From NCBI GenBank assembly GCA_017414645.1, contig JAFQLL010000096.1:234-64233 (forward strand): a stretch of DNA of 64,000 nt, read 5' to 3'. The position numbers were made by a program, and so were the translations under genes. Positions 35,401 to 42,990 of this stretch are shown here, piece after piece (the first letter of the stretch is position 1; every line of letters starts with the position of its first letter). A model generated the notes under the pieces. It was not told the origin of the DNA, searched no databases, and saw only the letters and a program-made list of their open reading frames with translations. The DNA comes from Clostridia bacterium. Lineage in GTDB: Bacteria; Bacillota; Clostridia; UMGS1883.

Positions 35401-36564
35401 GTTGAAGTAACTCCCATCTTTACCTTTGCGCCCACAGGTGGCATCAACACAGCCCAGGGCGAATTTGAAATTAAGCTTCCCGATGGCGTTTACGACTTTG
35501 CCTTTACAAAGAATGACCGCGAACGTGGTCATATATGGATAAACGGCAACGTAGTGGGCTCTAACGTTGACATGTACGGCACAGTAGGCGTACCCGAAAA
35601 CACACATTACACCTTCACAGATTTCCCCGTTGAGGGCGTTGCAAAGGTAAAGGTTGACGGCAAGACAACCTTCTTGAAGAGCATTGAAGTTGCTCTGTCA
35701 CCCTCAATTATAAACCGCAAGACCAAAGTGTTTGTAGCAGGCGACTCCACACTTTGCAACTACTACCCCATTATTCCCGAAAACACAGACAGTAGCATTG
35801 CACACGGCACTGTACGCACAGGCTGGGCACAGGTACTGGACAGATACCTCTCCGATGAGTACGAGGTTGTAAACCTTGCAGCAAGTGGCGACTGGGCACG
35901 CAACTGGCGTGACATTATCTTCCCCACAGTGCTTACAGCAGGCAAAGAAGGCGACGTTTTCATTATTCAGTTCGGTATTAACGACCGTAACCGCGACGAC
36001 AAGACGCACGACACAATGAAAAACGCACTTAAGGAAATGATAACAAAGGCCGAAAGTAAAGGCATTAAGGTTATTTTAGTAAAGCCTCAGCCCTCTGTTG
36101 GCTATTCCTGGGGCAACGCAGGAGACAATGACAAGCCCAACGGTAACAATGGTGGCTTCTTCAATGCAGTTGAAGATGTGGCAAAGGAAACAGGCGTAAG
36201 CTTCGTAAACCTTTATGATCTTGCAGGCGAACACTTTGCACAGGTAGGCAGACCCTTCGTTTCCGAAAACTATCAGCTTTGGGATTACAACGCAAACCAG
36301 ATGGCTGATAAGCTTCACATTTCCTTTGACGGAGCAAAAAAATGTGCTGAGCTCTTCAGCAAGAACGCAAGCGAGCAGGGCCTTCTTAAAACAAAGGAAT
36401 ATATGGAGGTAACAAGCATTGTTTCCGACGTTTATGTTTTCGAAAACAGCACTCATAGCCAGATTTTCAACAACTCCTCCGAATACAAATCGGTGAAGAT
36501 TGGCTCTTCTGTTGTAACAATGGCACCCTACAGCACTATTACAAAAGCCGGCAAGGCACAGTAA
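32440..36564 (+). CDS. Secreted tri-catalytic fusion: PL11 rhamnogalacturonan lyase + 2 stalk repeats + CE12/SGNH acetylesterase + beta-sandwich + second CE12/SGNH acetylesterase (1374 aa)
   Basis: Signal peptide. IDDLDGDGEYEIVLKWDPSDSKD and VWQNSSYNQPPHLSYY (PL11). MVPLRFIAEAFDANV and MVPVRVVLEAFGMNV (stalk). SGNH blocks VASDST/QFGHNDG/DKTH and VAGDST/QFGINDRN/DKLH. Confidence 0.85.
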   Translation: MKKLLVTLVIVMLSFTALTALAAPDGGLVAVKVEDGVYLSWQMTGESYNLYRDGQLILTTNKTNYTDPDGTVDSVYNLEGQEAVKVWAKQYLEIPVVKPEPTVNGVTYSPNDAAIDDLDGDGEYEIVLKWDPSDSKDAATGGNSDRVYIDAYEFDGTFMWRINMGINVRAGAHDTQMVVYDLDQDGKAEVALRTCDGTVDGTGTVIGDPNAVYTNVWCGKNIDGPLFLSVFEGATGKEVTRVPYDPQNNEPSTAIFGDTAGNRSERYNACVAYLDGATPHLVTQRGYYGGKAGKGPGRTVVAAYTYKDGTLTKALRFDTMDEGNDVYIGQGNHNLSVGDADGDGCDEIFLGSLTLDNDLSVLWCSGKGHGDAQHLGDFDPDNEGMEYFSVHEGGRFGYTIYDAGTGDILFHENAGKDTGRGLIANPGPFRGNFIVNVGSGARRINSLGETVTDVDDTGQNFRIYWDGDLYDEFLGGTGIVDVNTDGHGEVLIDTWNDGCAANNGSKSNPCLQADILGDWREEVIWRTQDNNAIRIYTTTIPTDFSVPPLMTDHVYRMGIVWQNSSYNQPPHLSYYLESGVKLTIDSAEADISGVKVPLDAPAYIADDRTMVPLRFIAEAFDANVGYDNGVVTIEKDNTIFKTTIGTNTYTLNGIEKTMDTQSVIVNDRTMVPVRVVLEAFGMNVSWNGETREVTITRGKARRDKVKIFVASDSTAQTYRENAAPQAGWGQMLHMFFDDSVEIHNRAMAGRSLKSFFNEGRWGSILNDAQAGDYVIIQFGHNDGAWNKPERYSSHEDFAAMLETEYIKPALEKGMNVIIASQTQSRWFNEETGTIWEPGDGVSYATLLRDAAEKYNLPFIDINKTSRAVANSYGMEGSEVLYLADKTHFTYHGAFKVAELMAEGLYTIPDMVARKDNGYRQIATFTGEQVFDVRGWGFADKFRVVIKGGTNVTINGETYLTWEMDNTLVTEALPVNGRITINASGEATVEVTPIFTFAPTGGINTAQGEFEIKLPDGVYDFAFTKNDRERGHIWINGNVVGSNVDMYGTVGVPENTHYTFTDFPVEGVAKVKVDGKTTFLKSIEVALSPSIINRKTKVFVAGDSTLCNYYPIIPENTDSSIAHGTVRTGWAQVLDRYLSDEYEVVNLAASGDWARNWRDIIFPTVLTAGKEGDVFIIQFGINDRNRDDKTHDTMKNALKEMITKAESKGIKVILVKPQPSVGYSWGNAGDNDKPNGNNGGFFNAVEDVAKETGVSFVNLYDLAGEHFAQVGRPFVSENYQLWDYNANQMADKLHISFDGAKKCAELFSKNASEQGLLKTKEYMEVTSIVSDVYVFENSTHSQIFNNSSEYKSVKIGSSVVTMAPYSTITKAGKAQ

Positions 36565-36576
36565 TTCTAAACAAAG

Positions 36577-36607
36577 GTAACGAGCCCGACAAAGGTCGGC
36601 TCGTTAC
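36577..36607 (+). terminator. Hairpin (weak terminator or attenuator) between the fusion enzyme and the lectin gene
   Basis: GTAACGAGCCCGAC-aaag-GTCGGCTCGTTAC with one bulged C. Only a short T tract follows. Confidence 0.4.
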
Positions 36608-36635
36608 TTCCCACTTAAATTAAAGGAGGAAAATT

Positions 36636-37925
36636 ATGAAAAGAATAATTTCATTAATGCTTTGTGTTCTTCTTTTAACAGGCTTGTCGGTAAGTGCCGT
36701 TAATTTAGAGGTTGACGGCGTTACTGTTGACTGCGACATGCTTTTTGAAGACAACACAGCTTATGTGCCCCTTGAGGGTCTTTGTGAGGCTCTTAAGGTT
36801 CGATACAGCTTCGACAAAACTACACAATCTGCCTTTATAAACGGCATTAACCTCTTCCCCGAAAAGGGCGAAGGCGTAACAGTGTACGTTGATGGCAAAA
36901 AATATTCTCCCTCAGACAAGGCTTCAGCCTTCAAAATTCATAACGGAATGGTATATCTGCCTGCGCACCTTGCAAGCGAGGCAGTAGGAATGAGCGCAAC
37001 CTGGTACACAGATACCGCAACACTTGTTTTTTCAAAGAAGCAGCTTCCCGTTGCTACAGTACAGGTTGACCCCAACAAAACCTATGCCATTGTAAACTTT
37101 GAAACACTTCAGGCGCTTACAGCAGGCGATAATTCTCTTGCTGTAGCCGACTACACAAAGGGTGCAAATCAACAGTTCAAGTTTGTTAAAACAGAGTTTG
37201 ATGGTTACTACAACATTCAGTCTGTTGCAACAGGCAAAAACCTTGACGTTAACGCCCATGGCACAACACCCGGCGTTTCCATCATTACCTGGGACATGGG
37301 TACAGGCGATAACCAGAAATTCACTCTCGAAAACGTTGCAGGCGGCACACTTATTTCGGCAAGAAGCTGTCATTTACCCATTGAACCTAACGGCAGCGGC
37401 GTTATGCAGAATACAAAAACTGTTTCTGACAAGCAGAAGTGGCTCATTGTTGAATTTGGCTCCGATGTATCAAAGAACACAGAGGTTGCAAAAAAACTCA
37501 ATATTACATATACACCACCCAAAAAGGAAGCCGATGAAAATGCCCCCTTCCGTACCATCAGCATAGGCGACAGCTATCTTGCAGACGACAATGGCTTAAA
37601 GGCAATGCCCTTTGCTTCCACCGACAACTTCAAGTGGACACTTATTAACCACTCTGAGGGCGTGGAGGTTGTTGAAAACCTTGCAACGGCAAAGAGTCTG
37701 GACGTTAATGCACGTAGCTTAGTGGCAGGCGGAAGCATTATTACTTGGCAGACCTCCAAGGACACGAACCAGAGATGGATATTTGAGCAGAACGGCGATG
37801 GTACCTATTATATAAAGAGCGTACACTCCGGCCTTTATCTGACACTTAATGACGATGGCTCCCTTACACAGGAAAATAAAAACACGGCTCTTAAGCAGCG
37901 TTGGAGCGTAAAACCCGCCAACTGA
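36636..37925 (+). CDS. Secreted lectin: stalk (Cu-amine-oxidase-N-like) domain + two ricin-type beta-trefoil (CBM13-like) domains, no catalytic domain
   Basis: Signal peptide MKRIISLMLCVLLLTGLSVSA. QxW-type repeats NQQFKF, NQKFTL, KQKWLI, NFKWTL, NQRWIF, KQRWSV. SD AAAGGAGGA. Confidence 0.8.
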   Translation: MKRIISLMLCVLLLTGLSVSAVNLEVDGVTVDCDMLFEDNTAYVPLEGLCEALKVRYSFDKTTQSAFINGINLFPEKGEGVTVYVDGKKYSPSDKASAFKIHNGMVYLPAHLASEAVGMSATWYTDTATLVFSKKQLPVATVQVDPNKTYAIVNFETLQALTAGDNSLAVADYTKGANQQFKFVKTEFDGYYNIQSVATGKNLDVNAHGTTPGVSIITWDMGTGDNQKFTLENVAGGTLISARSCHLPIEPNGSGVMQNTKTVSDKQKWLIVEFGSDVSKNTEVAKKLNITYTPPKKEADENAPFRTISIGDSYLADDNGLKAMPFASTDNFKWTLINHSEGVEVVENLATAKSLDVNARSLVAGGSIITWQTSKDTNQRWIFEQNGDGTYYIKSVHSGLYLTLNDDGSLTQENKNTALKQRWSVKPAN

Positions 37926-38001
37926 TTGTGCACCTTTACCAAATGCACCAATCAAAATTTATTCAAATGCACCAAAGTGACGAAAATAAGGCATTTTTCA
38001 T

Positions 38002-38029
38002 TTGACATTCCTGAATTTTGTGGTATCAT
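38002..38029 (+). promoter_or_regulatory. Orphan sigma-A-type promoter with extended -10
   Basis: TTGACA (38002-38007), 16-nt spacer ending TGg, TATCAT (38024-38029). No CDS follows before the terminator at 38106-38133. Confidence 0.4.
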
Positions 38030-38035
38030 ATTGGT

Positions 38036-38133
38036 TAGACAAACAAAGCACATAAGTGCTAGTAAGGTAGACATTAAAACAGTGTCACTAAAATCAGGGA
38101 AAAATAAAAGACGAGCGAAAGCTCGTCTTTTTA
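38036..38133 (+). ncRNA. Candidate small RNA of roughly 100 nt (promoter-to-terminator unit), unassigned
   Basis: Bounded by the orphan promoter and the hairpin AGACGAGC-gaaa-GCTCGTCT+TTTTT. It contains no ATG. The 5' end is guessed. Confidence 0.25.
38106..38133. terminator. Bidirectional terminator (serves yycI on the minus strand)
   Basis: AAAAGACGAGC-gaaa-GCTCGTCTTTTT. Confidence 0.75.
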
Positions 38134-38146
38134 CATTTACGGAATT

Positions 38147-38899
38147 TTACGAGGTGTAGCATAAATAACCTCTGCCCTGGTTATAAACCCTCCAGGCATA
38201 TTTTACATTAAAGCCATTTTCGGCATCCTCAAGCACGTATGCCTTTTCTACGTTTGTTATATGGCTACCCTTGGGAAGCTGTACACAAATAGAATTTATG
38301 GCTTGAAAAACAGACACCTTATTGTTCTCCCCTTCTGAAACTATTTGGGGCCACACGCCCGACACCGAGGCAGGAGTGCCGTTTTTGTCAAGAAAAATAT
38401 CCAGATACATGCCTTCCAGCTCCACAGAATCAACCTTCAGTTTAACATAGCCTGTGGTCTCCTCATAGAACATGTCCTCGTAGCCAATGCCAAGACTTTT
38501 TACAGCCTTCATAATATCTGCTTCGTTCTTGGGAACGGCCTCTTTAAGGGTTGTGAACACAATTTTGTTGCCGCTTATAACAAGCTTTTTATCGCCGCCG
38601 GGGGCAACAAGGCTTCCGCCCTCGCTCACATACTGTACCTTTTCCCCGATGAATGCATTTGTTAAAAAGTCAACATCGAAGGCTTTTGCAGAAATAATGG
38701 CTCGTGTTTCATACAGGTTGGGCACCGCTTTTTCGTTGATAGTTATACCGTGTTTTGCAAGTATGCTGACAAAGCTTTCGTCAACCCCTGCAGGAAGCGA
38801 TTGGGACATGTAACGGGAAAAGGCAATGTTCATTAGCAAAAAGAGGTTTATCAGAACCAAAACTATTATCATTATGTTTTTAATTTTTGACCAGTTCAT
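38147..38899 (-). CDS. yycI: YycI-like regulator of the WalK-type kinase
   Basis: N-terminus MNWSKIKNIMIIVLVLINLFLLMNI matches the YycI pattern (MDWxKTKxIFIxxFLxLNxFL). Positioned after yycH. Confidence 0.7.
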   Translation of the reverse strand: MNWSKIKNIMIIVLVLINLFLLMNIAFSRYMSQSLPAGVDESFVSILAKHGITINEKAVPNLYETRAIISAKAFDVDFLTNAFIGEKVQYVSEGGSLVAPGGDKKLVISGNKIVFTTLKEAVPKNEADIMKAVKSLGIGYEDMFYEETTGYVKLKVDSVELEGMYLDIFLDKNGTPASVSGVWPQIVSEGENNKVSVFQAINSICVQLPKGSHITNVEKAYVLEDAENGFNVKYAWRVYNQGRGYLCYTS

Positions 38900-38911
38900 A
38901 ATAAGCCTCCT

Positions 38912-40324
38912 TTATTTTTTGGGATAGCGCTGCTCCTTGTTGTTAATTTCGCAAAGCCATGTGGTTTTAAGCACATTTGTGCTTTCGCCCGAATCGAAAT
39001 AGCCCGGGTATAAATCTGTTATGGTGGAATTTTCCACATTGGAAAAATTAGTTACAAAGTAGTCCAATGCAAGCATGAAATTTTCCTGAACGGTTGCAGA
39101 GGGTGCTTCGTTGTAGCTACGCAGATACTGGCGGTAGGAAACAATCCTGTTCCCCTTGGTTTCAATTTCAATTGCGTGATATAAGCTGTCTCTGCCTTCT
39201 TTTGCAACTTCCACGGCAATTTCACGACCGCCATAATAATAGTCGAGCACAAAGCGGTTACCTGCTTCTGTTTTTTCAATGCCCGATACCAGAACCGCAA
39301 GGGGTTCGTCAGAAACAGATTCCCACACCTTTTCCGCAAAGTCGATTGCACGGTTAAGAATTTCGTATTCATTGTCACCGTATTCACCAAGGTCTATGCC
39401 TTTTTCGCTGTCAACAGCACTGTATTCGATATATCCGTCGGGGAAAATTGTAACTGTGGCATAGTTTTCAACATAGTTATCGGCGCCATAGCCATCGCTG
39501 TAGTAACGAAGGGGCTTAGGGTTAAAGGAAAAGCTCTTGAGAATACCCGAATGGCTCTTCCCCGATAAGGGATTTGTTGCATAAATATCACGGTAAGTAG
39601 ACTCGTTGTCCGAGAAAAGCACCAGGTCGGCAACCTTTACACTGTTTTCGCCAAGACCCTCTCCAAGCAATGTGCTGAAGGCAAATTCATAATAACCGTC
39701 GCGGCGATACTTGTCGGTATACATTGCAAGCACTGCCTCGGGAAAGGCAATGTCTTCGCTTTTTACAAGGAACTTATACGCTTCTTTTGTGTTTGCATCC
39801 TTTAAAGCAACAAAGGCAGTTTGCTCGCCTTCGGGAATTATTATTGCATCGTTTATAATTCCGATTTCCGAGGGAAGCTTTTCAAAGCTTGTATTAAGCA
39901 CCATCGCCAGCATTCGGGGTTCTACGGCGATAGGATATTCAAAATAAACGCTGGGCTCAGTAAGCAGATTCAGCCACTCTGAGTAGGTTATTTCCTTTTC
40001 ACTTTCCACATTGCCTTCAAAAAGCGCTTTAAGCACAACAGAGGTGTTCTCATTTAACTTGTCAAAGGCCTCATCGCTGTTATAATAGGGCACCCATAAT
40101 TCGCCGTCATTCACTACAATTTTTCTGGGCTTAGACAGATTTTCCTTGGGCACGCTCACAAAGCTGTCGCGCTGAAATGCGCGCACAAAAGGAAGGTCCG
40201 ATAAAGAGAAAAAAGGCCAGTCGGACCCTAAAATGCCACTCTTAAACCATGCCTGGTAGGTAAGAAAACACAGATTGATGATAAGAATGATAATTATTGA
40301 GGTTTTTACTTTTTCTTTAAACAT
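38912..40324 (-). CDS. yycH: YycH-like regulator of the WalK-type kinase
   Basis: MFKEKVKTSIIIILIINLCFLTYQAW resembles the YycH N-terminal anchor. About 470 aa and followed by yycI. The start is uncertain (ATG 40324 or TTG 40345). Confidence 0.6.
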   Translation of the reverse strand: MFKEKVKTSIIIILIINLCFLTYQAWFKSGILGSDWPFFSLSDLPFVRAFQRDSFVSVPKENLSKPRKIVVNDGELWVPYYNSDEAFDKLNENTSVVLKALFEGNVESEKEITYSEWLNLLTEPSVYFEYPIAVEPRMLAMVLNTSFEKLPSEIGIINDAIIIPEGEQTAFVALKDANTKEAYKFLVKSEDIAFPEAVLAMYTDKYRRDGYYEFAFSTLLGEGLGENSVKVADLVLFSDNESTYRDIYATNPLSGKSHSGILKSFSFNPKPLRYYSDGYGADNYVENYATVTIFPDGYIEYSAVDSEKGIDLGEYGDNEYEILNRAIDFAEKVWESVSDEPLAVLVSGIEKTEAGNRFVLDYYYGGREIAVEVAKEGRDSLYHAIEIETKGNRIVSYRQYLRSYNEAPSATVQENFMLALDYFVTNFSNVENSTITDLYPGYFDSGESTNVLKTTWLCEINNKEQRYPKK

Positions 40325-40342
40325 AAATAATACCCCATTATT

Positions 40343-40375
40343 CAAACAAAGGCTACAGCAAATACTGCTGCAGCC
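40343..40375 (-). terminator. Terminator/attenuator-like hairpin between the 159-aa gene and yycH
   Basis: Minus strand: GGCTGCAGC-agtattt-GCTGTAGCC (one G-U pair) followed by TTTGTTTG. Confidence 0.45.
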
Positions 40376-40389
40376 CTGTTTCGTTACTC

Positions 40390-40869
40390 TTAGTTAAGCC
40401 AACCATTCAGCTTGGATTGCATATTCAATGAAAAAGAATTAATATCTGACATAACAGAGCTGTTTACAACCGTTATGGTAAGATAGCTGAGCTGGTAGCT
40501 TCCGTCACTTGCTTCCGCTCTCACGCAGATACGGTTTGCACCGTCCTTAAGTGAAATCTGGCGGTAAAATACGCCCGATGAGCCAATTTTATATGTAGCA
40601 ACAGTGCCGTCACTGTTCTTCTGGGGAACAAAGCTTGAGCCGTTGTACGTATAAATGCAAACACTTACACCTTCGTTGCCCACACCTGTAATAGAATATG
40701 TTGTCTTTACAGTTGAGGTAGATGCCGTGTCAGGCTTTTTTATCGTTATTAAGTTGGAAACCGTACCCTGGCTTCCGTCTGCAACCGTAGAGGGATGTGC
40801 AAAGACCGACAATGAAGCGGTCATGATGAATACCAAAACCAAGAGCACGGAAATAATAGTTTTCTTCAT
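40390..40869 (-). CDS. Secreted 159-aa protein, unknown function (beta-rich, Ig-like?)
   Basis: Signal peptide MKKTIISVLLVLVFIMTASLSVFA. Sits between the kinase gene and yycH. Confidence 0.6.
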   Translation of the reverse strand: MKKTIISVLLVLVFIMTASLSVFAHPSTVADGSQGTVSNLITIKKPDTASTSTVKTTYSITGVGNEGVSVCIYTYNGSSFVPQKNSDGTVATYKIGSSGVFYRQISLKDGANRICVRAEASDGSYQLSYLTITVVNSSVMSDINSFSLNMQSKLNGWLN

Positions 40870-40974
40870 AACCGTTACCTCCGCGAGGAAATTCCATCAT
40901 TCCTCATACACATTATACACTACAAATGTTACAATTCAATAACAGACAGTTTAATCCTATATTACAATTAACTT

Positions 40975-42735
40975 TTACACATTTACCATGGGCAGGCTTA
41001 TGATAACACTTGTGCCCTTGCCCTCACGGCTTTTAATGTTAATTCTGCCGCCGTGCATTTCAACAAGCTCCTTTGCAATTGCAAGGCCTAAGCCCGTACC
41101 GCCGCTTTCACGGCTTCTTGCCTTATCAACGCGGTAAAAACGCTCAAAAATGCGGGGCAGGTCCTTTTCGGGAATGCCTATGCCGTTGTCAGTAACGCGC
41201 ACAACCGCTTCTGTGTATTTCGCCGAGCACACAACCTCAACATTTCCGCCTGTAGGAGTATATTTTACAGCGTTTGACACAATGTTTGTTATAACCTGCT
41301 CCATTCTGTCCTTATCGCCAAAGAAGGTCGAGGTGTCGCCCTCCTGCTTGTAGGAAATTGTAAGACCAAGATTATTGGCATTAATTTTAAGCTTTTCCAC
41401 AACACTGCCAACAAGCTCCGATAGATTGAACACCTTTTTGTCCATAGCTGTTTTTGCCGAGTTGTCAAGCTTTGAAAGGGTGAGAAGGTCGGTTACGATA
41501 CGTGTCATGCGGTCGGCCTCCTGCTCAATAACCTTTATAAAGTTGGTTTCGGGAGTTTCCTCCTGGGCCATGTCTAGTATTGTTTCGGCATAGCTCTTTA
41601 TTGTGGTAATGGGCGTTCTCAATTCGTGTGACACATTTGCAACGAATTCACGGCGCGCCATGTCGAGCTTTGTCTGCTCAGTAATATCCTGCATAACAAC
41701 AACCGTACCACCGTTTTTCTCCGCCTCGTCGGCATAGGGCGCAAACAAAACACGGATAATGCGCGCTCCGACCTCTGCCTGTCGTTCAACAACCCTGTTC
41801 CTGTCAAGATAATTGAGTTGCTCGAGAGTTAAGTCAAAGTTCAATGCGGAGGCAAATTCGTTGAAGGTTATGCCGTCTTCAATATTAGAAAGCTCCTTTG
41901 CAGCGCTGTTTGAGTGAATCATCTCACCTGTCTGGTCAAAGGCAACAATGCCGTCGGTCATCTGGCTGAGGATTGCTTCAACCTTATTTTTTTCTGCTGA
42001 AATGTCAGAAAGGCTTTTATCAATACGCGATGCCATGTCGTTAAACGCCATGGTGAGCCTGCCGATTTCGTCTCGGCTCTTCACTTCAATACGATGCCCG
42101 AACACACCTTCAGAGAGCTGTTCTGCCCTCAATTGCAGGTTTGAAATGGGCATAATAATTGTTCTTGAAAGAATAAGACCTAAAAAGGCACTGATTAAAA
42201 GCCCAAAAACCAAAGCCCACAAAATGTTAATAAAAATGTTTCGGATAATGTCGTACAGCTCGTCCTTGCTGTCTACAATGTATATAATGTAGCTCACGCC
42301 ATCACGGTCAGTAATGGGGTAAGCATAGTCCATATAGCTTGCAGAGCGGTCAATCTGACTGCCTACCTTCCCGTCCATGGCAGAAATAAGGTTTGGGGTT
42401 ATGCTTACCTTCCCGGGCTCAGGATCGCTTGAAGAAAGCACTTTTGCCGCATCACGGGAGAGAACATAGTAATTACGGTAGGAGTCGATCATCATTCGAA
42501 TGGAATATATGTTCATAATTTCAGTAATTTCGCCCACGGGATTGTCACTTCGGGAGGCAGCCTCAAGCTCGCTTCGCAAAAGTGGTGTAAATGCCTGAGC
42601 AGAAAGGGTTGTTGCAAAGTCGTCATGGTAGTAGGCAGAAATATTCTGCAGCAAAAAAGTACCCACCACTATCATAACTAATAGGGTAAGCAGAAGAAAA
42701 ATCGTTATTATTTTCCACTGAATACTTTTAAACAT
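40975..42735 (-). CDS. walK: WalK-like sensor histidine kinase (TM-extracellular-TM, HAMP, PAS, HisKA, HATPase_c)
   Basis: MFKSIQWKIITIFLLLTLLVMIVVG (compare WalK FRSIQFKITLIY). H-box FVANVSHELRTP. N/G boxes VRVTDNGIGIP and GGTGLGLAIAKE. ATG 42735; the track start 42834 runs into non-coding spacer. Confidence 0.8.
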   Translation of the reverse strand: MFKSIQWKIITIFLLLTLLVMIVVGTFLLQNISAYYHDDFATTLSAQAFTPLLRSELEAASRSDNPVGEITEIMNIYSIRMMIDSYRNYYVLSRDAAKVLSSSDPEPGKVSITPNLISAMDGKVGSQIDRSASYMDYAYPITDRDGVSYIIYIVDSKDELYDIIRNIFINILWALVFGLLISAFLGLILSRTIIMPISNLQLRAEQLSEGVFGHRIEVKSRDEIGRLTMAFNDMASRIDKSLSDISAEKNKVEAILSQMTDGIVAFDQTGEMIHSNSAAKELSNIEDGITFNEFASALNFDLTLEQLNYLDRNRVVERQAEVGARIIRVLFAPYADEAEKNGGTVVVMQDITEQTKLDMARREFVANVSHELRTPITTIKSYAETILDMAQEETPETNFIKVIEQEADRMTRIVTDLLTLSKLDNSAKTAMDKKVFNLSELVGSVVEKLKINANNLGLTISYKQEGDTSTFFGDKDRMEQVITNIVSNAVKYTPTGGNVEVVCSAKYTEAVVRVTDNGIGIPEKDLPRIFERFYRVDKARSRESGGTGLGLAIAKELVEMHGGRINIKSREGKGTSVIISLPMVNV

Positions 42736-42990
42736 ATAAATACCTGCCAATCTTCCTTTTTCGCCTGTGTTACTACAAAAGATGATTGTGCTCCGCACAT
42801 GAAATGCTTTGCATGATATATCGCTACGCGACATGATATAAACCTGCGGTTCATTATGGTAGAAAAATCAAAGATTTTTCGATTTATTATATCAGAGATT
42901 TGCATAGCAAATCTACCATAATGCACTATGTGCATATCATGAACATTGTTCCTTTCATGGCTTTGCCATATCATGCCAAAGGCATATCAT
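42736..42990 (-). repeat. About 250-bp palindrome-dense spacer between the response-regulator and kinase genes
   Basis: Five CATGATAT/ATATCATG motifs (42813, 42833, 42934, 42968, 42984). 12-bp arms CATTATGGTAGA (42852-42863) / TCTACCATAATG (42912-42923) enclose two inner hairpins. There is also a run of 3-nt-loop mini-hairpins. Confidence 0.75.

Noticed and set aside
37926-38159. 77-aa + strand ORF across the lectin/yycI intergenic region
   Set aside because: It has no SD, runs through the promoter, the terminator hairpin and into the yycI 3' end, and has Lys/Thr/Phe-rich composition typical of AT-rich non-coding DNA.
42708-42974. 88-aa His/Ile-rich ORF in the walR-walK spacer
   Set aside because: The frame is generated by the CATGATAT/ATG-rich repeats. 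It overlaps the kinase start out of frame and has no SD.
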